Shown: piece after piece, positions 37,838-47,824 of the stretch
Layout of the letters: each line of letters starts with the position of its first letter
Position numbering within the stretch: position 1 is the first letter of the stretch
Source: Entomortierella parvispora E1425
Lineage: Eukaryota > Fungi > Mortierellomycota
Assembly (NCBI GenBank): GCA_020891255.1
Contig: BQFW01000012.1
Location: 1,364,001-1,428,000, forward strand
Length of the DNA stretch: 64,000 nt
Reading direction: 5' to 3'
Notes under the pieces: model-generated
Databases searched by the model: none
What the model saw: only the letters and a program-made list of their open reading frames with translations
What the model was told of the DNA's origin: nothing
Position numbers and translations under genes: made by a program

Positions 37838-40800
37838 ATGGCCGCGTCCTCCACCGCGCGCACCCTATCTCTCCAGGGCTCCCCCTCTGTCTCACTTGCC
37901 AACCATCCTCATCGCTCATCACTCAAGGCGACCAACAACCAGGTCCGCTGGCCCGTCAACCTCAATCAACTGGCTGCAATCTCCCTCGACGACGACTCGG
38001 ACCTTGACCGCTCGCTCACTGACGGTATATATATGCTTTATCACCCCTTCGTATTCCCATGCCCAGTGGACGCGACAAAAGAGAACTATGACTGATAACG
38101 GTACACCTCTCCATCTCCTCTACTAGTGTCGAGAGATGATATTGGATCTGTGAAGCTGCTCAGAATGCTCAAAGACAGCGACGACGAGTCCAGCTCGGCC
38201 CTGTCGTCCGACTCGAGACTTCGCAGGTGCGTGTGTGTGTGTGTGTGTGTCTCTTCATTGTTCGTTATTGTTCACTTGTTCATTACTGTTCATCTCTCTA
38301 TCCATCACAAATGGCCTTCAGTCGCACCTTTCCCCTGGACAATTCTAATCTAACTCCTGCAATTTTTTTTCTTTCTTCGTTCCTTCTGTGTTGTCCCCTT
38401 CCCGGATATCGTTTCTTTCTTTACTCTTTTTCTCCTGGTTTTCTGTTTCTGCTCTGCTCTGTCCGTCTGTCCGTCCGTTCCATTGGACCTACAGACCCAG
38501 ATCCACCTACTCCAACATGCAGCAGACCCAACAAAAACAAAAGCTCGGTAACCCCGCGGCCCGCTCTTCTCTCCAAATGATCTCGGATCCACAGTTGAGT
38601 TCCACGAGTATACCCAAACCACAACGATCTAGATCCGACAACAGGGGACCTACCGATGCCTCTGCTATTAGTCGACTGAGTCGTCATTCTAGTCTTCGAC
38701 AGCATCAATCCGAGGTGGCCTTGACCACCGCCAAGCGACAAAGCTATGCGGGCAATAGTCCCGAAGATATGGAAAGTATCTACTCGGAAGCGCAGGCACT
38801 GGCACAACGACTCAGTGCTCAAAGTGCTAGAGTTAATGGGACCACAGCAGTCCCAGAAGGTATGGCGCGTCCTGCCGTCAAACGAGAAGCCTTGACACAG
38901 TCGGGCATACCCTCAAATAGGACCTCGGTCAGCGGGGGTGATGTGGGCTCAATGCTACGAAAGCCTCGCGCGAGTCTGACCCAGGCTTCGCGACTCTCTG
39001 TACCCTCCAAGTTGACGACATCCAACTCCACACCAACCCTCAAAACGCGCACCGGGATCACCGCAATCCCAGGATCAAAGCCAGAGTCTCGAACCAACGG
39101 TCCTGCATTGAAGCCCAGAGAACAAGAGCGAGAGGTGCCATCGCCTTCACGCATTCCAGGGTCGCCAACATCCTCCCTCCCCACCCCAGCAGCCAGGAAA
39201 TTGGCAGGTCTACAGCAGCAGTCGCCCTTATCTCGCTCTTCTTCCAAATCCAACAGTTCAGAGAGTCAAATGGCCCCAGCGCTTCTTCCCAATCTACCCA
39301 TCTCACCCGTCTCCACAAATGAGAGTCAGACTATTGCTGAACTGACAGAGGAACTGGAAATGTGGAAGACAGAGGCAAGAGAACATCAACGCGAAAAGGC
39401 GGCGACGGAAGGTCTTCGAAAGCAAATCACTATTTTGGAACGCGATCTGGAAACTGCACTGGAGACGCTTCAAAACACAGAAGGGAAACTTATCCAGACA
39501 AAGGCGGAACAAGATTCTCTCCAACCCAAGCTGTCAGAGTACGAGAAAACTATGCAGGAGATGAAGTCTGAGATGGAACGTGAAAGATCTCAGCGAGAGC
39601 AGCTGAAAGCGGAGGAGGTCGCTGTCCGACAACAGGAACAGGAGGATTTGAGGGCTGTTAGCGAGGGTAAGTCGGATGGATGAGGCAATAAGTCGTGATT
39701 GATGAGAAGCCTCCCAGTTTACTAATAGGTGTGCCCTCTGTAGCCAAAGTAGCAGAGCTTGAGCGACAGCTTACGAAAGCCCACCAAGAGATTGAACAGC
39801 TCGAGATCCAGGCCTCACCGCCTGAACTTCAAGATATCCAGCAAGCTTTGTTTTCAGCTACTCAAGATTTGGAGGAATCCAAACTTGTAGCAAAGAAGCT
39901 AGAGGCCGATTTGGCAGAAGAAAAGATCAAGGTCTCCAGGGAACAAGAAGACTCTGGGCATCTTCTTGTCAAACTGAGCCAGCTTCAAGAAACAATTGCG
40001 TAAGTGTTATTTCTGATATGTGCTTATAGGGAAGCTTGCCTTGAACATCAACGCTGACACTTAATTCGAACGGTCCTCTATAGGAACCAATTGCGAGACA
40101 ACAATGACCTCAAAGATCAAGTCAAGGAGCATGACAAGTGCATCGAAAATGCAGAGATGGTGGAATATAAACACAAGCAGGAGCTCTCTAAACTTCAGGT
40201 ACCCATCAAGTCGATTATAATAATTCATGAACTCCTGAGCTTGCTTTGTCTGATGCCATTGATCCCGACTTTTCTTTAGAATGACATCAATGCCCAACAA
40301 AAGAGTTTACTCCAGGAGCAGGAACAGCGTGCAATGATGTAAGCATATCTACCGTTGTTCTGGAAACCATCCTCGTGAAGACTCAGTACTGATCCAACCT
40401 TTTACAATCTCTAGTGAGCAGGCTTTTCAGGAACAACAGTTTCAGTCGCATCAGCTCCAGCAACAGATTCAACTGCAACAAACGCAACTATTACAGCAAC
40501 AGACTGAGATTGTCAATTTGCGTGCCGCTCTCGAGGTGGAGCAAAAACAGTCTGCCTTGCTGCAAGAGCAACGACTGAATAACCCACAGTTTGGTCGTAG
40601 AGTCTCCTTGGATGGCGAACTGAACGGCTCTTTCCTCATGATTGAAACTACAAACAGCTTTGGGTCACAGTCTGGACCTCCAACATGCTCTGATGCAGGA
40701 ATGAAATTACCTGGACAATCGCCCATCCATGCTTCCTACCAGCCTACTACCCTTCTTTCCTCTCCAGGAACAGGTACGGGTGGGTTTGTTCCAACAGGCT

Positions 40801-41510
40801 CATCGGCAGGTTTGTCCTCTATTCACCAACAGGGGTCCGTCGGTACTGGGGTCATGAACCGACCTATACAATCTAATACTGGTTTTGCCAACCAAGGTGG
40901 ACTGACAGGTGCAGCTGCAGGCTTGCCACCCACGGGTGCAACTGTCATTGGCGGCATGGCGAGTTCTTCTGGATCCGCGCCTATCCTTGCCCCAATGGAG
41001 GTGGAAGTCAAACCTAGAATGATTCACCGAGGTAGTTCAGGATCGATCTCTGGTATTCTTGCAAACAGTGGCCCTGCAGCCAACAATCGCCTGTCAATGC
41101 ACGGTGATCCTATGGGCTCGTCTGGTGGAGTGACACAGGTAACACATATTCCTGTATACATGAGGATCCATCTATGATTGCGTCATGTCACTCATGTTGA
41201 CATTCTTTTTTTTGGTATAGTCTGTTGAAGAACTCACGGCACAATTGCAAACATTGATCAAAGAAAAGGAGAAGGTAAGAGCTATATGGTTGATTATCAT
41301 TTGGACGAGTTTTACTCTGAGTTCCATCTCTGACACTGCCATTCTCTGTAAACTCACTCTTATCCTTAGCTGCAAGCTGAACTAAGTAAGATCCCCATCT
41401 CTGGGGGAGGACCAATGTCCAGGCGCAAGATGGAGATGCTGGAAGAGCAAATGGATGAGACTGAGCGAGCCATCAGTAAGATCCGATACAATATTCGAAT
41501 GAAATCATAG
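37838..41510 (+). CDS. Ser/Pro-rich plus coiled-coil protein with a C-terminal motif resembling MPHOSPH9
   Basis: Multi-exon model through ORFs 37838, 38126, 38388, 39695, 40091 and 40518, ending EKEK|LQAELSKIPISGGGPMSRRKMEMLEEQMDETERAISKIRYNIRMKS*. The MPP9 similarity is from memory. Confidence 0.7.
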
Positions 41511-41621
41511 GAAGCACCAGTGTTGTCCCGTCTATAGTCAAGCTTGTAAATATATAGCATTTCACACGCTATGGCGTTTGTTTTTCGCGTGTTTTTTATT
41601 AAGGGATGTCTATGGGATATT

Positions 41622-43541
41622 TTAGTACTGTCCACGGTAAGGACCCTGGTTGTTATTATAAGATGGATCGCGTTGAGCAGGCTGAGGGCGGTAGCCCGGT
41701 CCTGGGTTTCCGTGGTGGCCTCCATTGTGAGGTGGGTATTGAGGGGGTCCATAGCCAGGGCCTGGGGGAGTATAACCATGCGAGGTAGGAGAGGGACGAC
41801 CGCCGCCATAGGGAGGCGTTCCTGGATGTTGATCTCTTGGTCCATGGTTGCCATTGTAGCCTTGAGGAGAGTAGTAAGGGGGAGACATGGCTTGAGGAGA
41901 GTAAGGGCTACCGCGGCTGCCTGGGCCTGGTGGGTATGGACCATTGTTCTGCTGAATTCGCAATGGTGGGGGAGCCTGCGGGTGTGGGCGGTAACCAGGA
42001 CCGTTGTTGTATTGGGGTCCTCCTGCAGGAGATCGGTTATAGCCGCTACCAGAGACCAGGGATCGATCGTCATAAAAGTCTTCACTGAACGCGCTCTCTG
42101 CATATGGATCCTCATGCATCGCGGGGGCTGGGGTGGGTGGTGCGGTTGGCCTATTCGATCCATTGGCACCGCTGGGGGGACTTCCGTTGCTTTTGGGAGA
42201 AGATGTCTGACTCTGGTTGCTGCCATGAATGGTGAATGGCAGAGGACTGACTGCAGATGGCAAAGAGGGCATCACGGAGACGGTGGACTCTGAGATGGCG
42301 GAAGAGTGCATAGGATCCTGGTGGGCGTTGGTGTTGGCACTAGTGGGAGAACGGGCGGCGGAATGCTCGATCAACATTTGAACGGATCCAATGCTCTCCT
42401 TATGGCCCTGGATCTTTCGGTTGTGGGCATTCTGGGCCTGCTCTATCGTCAGATAAGCCTCTCCATCGGACGAGTAGGAGGAGCGAGGACTGAGTGGTTC
42501 CTGTGTCATCCCTCCTGTCTGCGCTGGTGGACCACCACCGGGTTGACGTGGATCATGGGGGTAATCACTGTTGTGGCGGTTCTTGCTGATGTAGGTATCT
42601 GGGTTGTCCAATCCTCGAAGATCCCGCCGAGGATCAATGTCCTCCTTTCCCAGGTAATATTCTGGTGCGGGCGTCAAATCGTCATGGTGAAGGTCCCGAG
42701 GTGGAGGAGCATCGAGTTGAGCCCCGATGCTCTCGGGTTCCTCGCTATAAAAATCCAGGTCATCGTAATAATCGTCCGTGATTTCCTGCTTGCTGTCATT
42801 CTGGAAGCCGTTGCTATTGCCGTTGCCGTTGCCGTTGCCATTGTTGTTGTTGTTGATAGCGGGGTTGTTGTTGACAGTATTGTTATTCTGATCACGAGGC
42901 ACGCCATGGCTGTTGTTATGCTTCTCATCTTGGATCTCTCTCGAGACAGGTCCTGGGCCTTGCATATAATTGTTGCCTTGATTGCTTCCTTTGCTCTTGT
43001 TGCTTTGGGAGGTGTGCAAGGCCGATCCAGGGGTTGCAAAAAGTTCATCCCTCATCCCTGGACGGAACTGTTGTTGTTCCCTGAATTGGGCCTCTGGACG
43101 ATGGGTCGGACCCGCATCGATGCCATTCTCGGGCGCCAGGGCCATAGGGCCCGAGATGGCCTTTTGACCACCAGCACCAGGACCCGATCCCACCTCCATC
43201 ATGTCCCTACCGCCTTTACCCGCAGCCGCCACCGCAGCCCTTTGACGACGTTTGTAAAAGACAAGCCCCACCAGGGCCACAATGACAACGACACCTCCTA
43301 CAATCCCTCCAATCATGGCGCCCGAGGGTCCGCCAGCAGGCTCGGGGGTAGGGGTGGGGGTGTGAGTGGTGGTAGTGGTGGAGGCGGCGGCGATGGTGTG
43401 TGTGCCAGTGGTGGTGATACGCGTCGCACGGGTTGTGGAACGCGTGGTGGCCTCACTACGCGTGGTGGCGGCTTCACTATGTGCGGCAGCGGCGGACGTT
43501 GACTTGTGGGCGGCTGGTTTGGTGGTAGTGGTTTCAGGCAT
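41622..43541 (-). CDS. Single-pass membrane protein (639 aa): Thr/Ala-rich N-terminus, one TM helix, long Pro/Gly/Tyr-rich tail (Mid2/Wsc-like layout)
   Basis: Uninterrupted ORF. TM AMIGGIVGGVVVIVALVGLVFY followed by KRR. No signal peptide seen. A likely 5' UTR acceptor lies near 43610. Confidence 0.85.
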   Translation of the reverse strand: MPETTTTKPAAHKSTSAAAAHSEAATTRSEATTRSTTRATRITTTGTHTIAAASTTTTTHTPTPTPEPAGGPSGAMIGGIVGGVVVIVALVGLVFYKRRQRAAVAAAGKGGRDMMEVGSGPGAGGQKAISGPMALAPENGIDAGPTHRPEAQFREQQQFRPGMRDELFATPGSALHTSQSNKSKGSNQGNNYMQGPGPVSREIQDEKHNNSHGVPRDQNNNTVNNNPAINNNNNGNGNGNGNSNGFQNDSKQEITDDYYDDLDFYSEEPESIGAQLDAPPPRDLHHDDLTPAPEYYLGKEDIDPRRDLRGLDNPDTYISKNRHNSDYPHDPRQPGGGPPAQTGGMTQEPLSPRSSYSSDGEAYLTIEQAQNAHNRKIQGHKESIGSVQMLIEHSAARSPTSANTNAHQDPMHSSAISESTVSVMPSLPSAVSPLPFTIHGSNQSQTSSPKSNGSPPSGANGSNRPTAPPTPAPAMHEDPYAESAFSEDFYDDRSLVSGSGYNRSPAGGPQYNNGPGYRPHPQAPPPLRIQQNNGPYPPGPGSRGSPYSPQAMSPPYYSPQGYNGNHGPRDQHPGTPPYGGGRPSPTSHGYTPPGPGYGPPQYPPHNGGHHGNPGPGYRPQPAQRDPSYNNNQGPYRGQY

Positions 43542-43715
43542 GGTGGAGAGTCAGAGGGGAGAGAGGGGAGAGAAGGGAGGGTGGTTGTGAAGGTGCAGTT
43601 CTGTGCAGGTCTGTAATTAGAGCAGGATAAACAATGGCATGAAGGAGTGAGCGTGGAGGGGGAGTGATGATACAACAGACCAAGCAGGCTAGGCCAAGTC
43701 TATATGACAAGAAAG

Positions 43716-43719
<4 letters not shown>

Positions 43720-43797
<78 letters not shown>
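43720..43797. repeat. Long perfect (GA)~39 microsatellite, probably in a 5' UTR intron of the membrane-protein gene
   Basis: Read directly from the sequence. Confidence 0.95.
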
Positions 43798-43801
<4 letters not shown>

Positions 43802-45046
43802 AGAAAAGAAAGAGGAAGGAGGAAGGAGGAACCAGATATCTTGCAATCCGGGGAAGGGCACACTTTTTGGAGTGAGGAAGGAGAGAGCGCGAGGATGAGG
43901 ATGAGTGAAGGGAAGGAAAGGGGGATGGAGAGAGAGAGAATGAGAATGAGAATGAGAGTGAGAGATGAGAGGGGATGGAATGGCGTGCAGTGGAGGACCA
44001 TGGTTCATCCTCTGGTTCTTTGAGAGCAGCTATTTTCTCGCCTGTCTGTCAGCAAAGCAATTCAGCCGTTCCTAACTTTGTAGTGGGAGAGAGCGACATA
44101 AACCGGAAATAGCAGTGGATCTACCGGCGCAGTGCAGTGGCGCGTTCGCTGGTCTGGAGCTAAGAAGACAAGTGGGCCATGGACGACAATGTAGCACGAG
44201 TTGGAGAGGCAGGCAGGCGTTTAGCAATCTGTCCGGTGGAAATGAAAATTGGATGGAACCCCTGGAAGGGCTGCTCAATCAATAATCTCTTGAATCCTCT
44301 CTCTGTGTTTATCTCGCTGAGAGCATTCGTGTGCTCTCATTTAATGTTGCTTGGGTGACCAAACCATGCCATCTTCTCCCTCCACTGTCAGCCTGGACGC
44401 GAACCAAAAAAGAAGAACCTCGCTTTTATTCTGGAGGGCAATTGGGCGCGGCTGACGGTAAGCTCCGCCTACGAATGCAATTTGCGGCAATCGAAGCATG
44501 AACCATGAAGCATGACGCCTGAAACTACTGGTACTTTTGAAAGTACGGAATGGTAATGATGAACGGATCCATGGAGTTTGCTTAGGAAGATCACCCGGAG
44601 AATTGCGTTTCAAGGAATTTTTTTTTTTTTGCGTGGGAACGAGCGTCTGAAGGAGGACGGAGCGCTGTAGCCATGATCCTGCAAGGGAAAGGAAGCACCC
44701 TGGAGATCGAGACAGGAAGAGAGAAGAATGCAACCTAGCACCCTCTTGCGGAGATTGGCGCGATGTGGAGAATCGCCCTTGCGCGTTTGTGCGCCGCCCT
44801 CTGTCCTGCCTTCAACGCCAGCCAGTCAGATCCTATCGCGTCACCTTCTTATGGAATCAGGGCTGCAACACAAACGAACATGTCCCTCAACTGGAATCCA
44901 TATTCGTTCATTGCCTCCCATCTAATCTCTTTTTCTCTTTCAGTCTCTTTCACCAAGTATCTCTGGAACAACTAACTCGCACTACTGGACGACTAACAGG
45001 GACCATCGTTCGAAGCCAGCGACCATTTAATTGAGGTCTGAAAATC

Positions 45047-47236
45047 ATGCCGCCCAAGAAGAGAGCCGCTGACGACGAGGGACACGAAGCCAAGACCTCG
45101 GATTTCAAGAAGTACATTGCCGCATATGCCGCAACTTCTACAGCCCGCACTAGCTCTCTATCGAAATTACAAGAGACTGTTGTCAAAAAGGAAGAGCCGG
45201 ACAATGCAGGTCTTATTGTCACAAAGAACACGTTAATGTGGTTCAGAACCGATCTTCGACTACAGGACAACACGGCCCTCCATGCGGCATCTATAAGAGC
45301 CAAGGTCGGGAACAGCTTCCTGGTTGGACTCTACATCATCTCTCCAGAAGAGTGGCGGGATCACGACGAGGCGCCAGTGAAGATTGACTTTTGGATGAGA
45401 AATCTGCATTGCCTCAGAGAGTCTTTGGAAAAGTTGGCGATCCCTTTGGTGATCAAGACTGCGATTCACAAAGACGACATCCCTGGAATCGTGCAGTCTG
45501 TGGTGGAAGACATGTACATCAGTCATGTCTTTTGGAACGCTGAGCTCCTGGTCGACGAGCGCAAACGGGATGCTTCCGTCAAGAAGGCACTTTTGGCCCG
45601 TTCAAACGTGCAGGTGGAAGAGTGCGATGATCAGTGCATCGTTCCTCCAGCAGATGTCAGGACCAAAGTGAGCCATCTCCAGGCGATTGTAAAGAGACCT
45701 GGGTCAGAGGGTCCTGTATTGACACGTTCTTTTTGACCTCCCTTGAATGTTTTTGGCAGACAGGAAATCCGTACGCGGTTTTTACACCGTTTTACAATAC
45801 CTGGTGCAAACTCGTGGATTCTGAACCTCACTACCTCGAGCTCTCTCAGACCCCAGAAAGGAACCCACCAGAGATCAGGACTACTTTTGCACAATACTTT
45901 GATCAGAACCCACCATCGTCATATCCACATACTCTGGACATCAATAATATGAAGGAGCTCTACCCTGCAGGAGAATCACAAGCGCACAGACGTTTGGATT
46001 CATTCATCAAGAACAAAGCATCTCGATATCAGGAAGGAAGAGATATCCCACAACTTGAAGGGACTAGTGTCTTGAGTCCTTATCTTGCAGCCGGTGTCAT
46101 CTCGGCTCGACAGTGTGTTGCCGCCGCAAGAACCGCCAACAAAGGGAAACTCACGACTGGAGATGAGGGTCTCAAAACCTGGATCAAAGAAGTTGGCTGG
46201 AGGGTAAGCAAAAAGGACTCGTGTCATACTCGTCTGCGCTTCTCTCTCTCTGGCCTTCTTCCTGACTCTTTTCATTTTTTCTTGCCATGGGGACACGTAG
46301 GAGTTCTATCGACACATTGTCGTCGCATTTCCACGAGTGTCCAAAAGCCACGCTTTCCAGCCCAAAACAGAGACTGTCGAATGGAGCGACAATGAGGAGC
46401 ACTTTCAAAGATGGTGCCAAGGGAAAACGGGCTTTCCGATAGTGGATGCAGGTTAGAGAAACACGGATCAAAGAGACTAGGCTTCTTTTCCTCCCATACC
46501 CTGAGCGAACTACTGATAATAGTCAGTTTTCATAACTAGGAATGCGCCAACTTAACTCCATTGGGTACATGCACAATCGTCTAAGAATGATCACAGCCTG
46601 TTTTCTCGTCAAGGACTTGCTTATCAACTGGCAACAGGGCGAAAAGTACTTTATGAGTCAACTGATCGACGGCGACTTGCCATCCAACAACGGTGGTTGG
46701 CAATGGGTAGGCTAAAAGAGTGTGTTTTTATTCTCAAAGGAGAGAGTCTTATTTGTAGCCCTGTTAAAAGCCCATCATTCATTTATTCCTCGCCCTCTGT
46801 TTTTTTTTTTTCTTCAAAACTCTACTTCTAACCCCTCCACGTAGAGTGCCTCGACAGGAACCGACGCTCAGCCTTACTTTCGCGTATTCAACCCATTATT
46901 ACAGTCGCAGAGATTTGACGCTAAAGGAGACTTTATCCGAAGATGGGTGCCTGAGCTCAAGAGTCTGAACGACAAGCAAATTCACAACCCACATGGTGTT
47001 CTTTCTCCAAAGGAGTTTGCAAAACTCAGGTAGGCAGGGGTGTGTGTGATCTATTAGACAGCGTGATAAAATACGGGTATCCAAACGACGCGCTGTGAAG
47101 ATATTTTGCCCATCAGACGTTAACAAGGCTGTTGCATATGAATGCACTTCCTAGGTACCCGAAACCGATCGTAGACCATGCTTCAGCCAAGGCAAAGTAT
47201 ATCGCAGAGTTCAAACGCGTGCTCGCCCTTGCATAG
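45047..47236 (+). CDS. PHR1: Class I CPD DNA photolyase
   Basis: [37 protein letters not shown]|[13 protein letters not shown]|[46 protein letters not shown]. Exons join in frame. Confidence 0.95.
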
Positions 47237-47329
47237 AGCAGAGCATAGACAATAGTCACTCATATGGCGCACTCCGAATACGGTACAGGCCATCTAAAGA
47301 CTCCCGTTAACTTTTCGATCACGATCAAT

Positions 47330-47700
47330 AAAAACTGATCTCAGTATTCTTGACACACCAATACCGCAACAAGAACGCTCTTAGAATAAAAAAAATGTCA
47401 TTGGCTGCAGGGGCATCCCATGCACCCGAAATAATGGTGTTGTCTATATTGATCGCAAGCGTTCTGTGTTGGCTCTTGAAGCACAAAAGACTCATCTTAC
47501 ATTGCTAGTCCTCAACGTCAGCATGAAGATCGTCTAGTCCATAAATCTCGGCACAGACGCGATTACAGACGGCGGTAGCAACCTTTTCCTTGGATGCGAG
47601 TTGGGCAGCTTCTGAGGTTGAAGCACAGGGAACAAGCTCAATACCCTTCAATCGGCTGTTCAAGAAAGTCTGACACTGAGCCAAGGCCATTATGAGAACA
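47330..47700 (-). pseudogene. Prephenate dehydratase (PHA2/pheA-like) internal fragment, decayed and 5'-truncated
   Basis: ALAQCQTFL...STSEAAQLA...AVCNRVCAEIYGLDDLHADVED then TAG. After a 57-nt intron (47500-47444) comes NT-IISGAWDAPAAND, lacking the conserved TRF. The upstream acceptor appears lost and no N-terminal exons are present. Confidence 0.75.
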
Positions 47701-47824
47701 GTTAGTGACTAGATGTAAGTCGTCCATTTGAACAGGAATATGATGACATCACACGATGTGCACCTATATATTGACTTAGGATAGGAGTATTGCGATATGA
47801 ATTCTTGGCTGACAAACCCTTGCA

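Noticed and set aside
42306-43502. 398-aa plus-strand ORF (and the 240-aa ORF at 41571)
   Set aside because: Antisense to the low-complexity 639-aa membrane protein.
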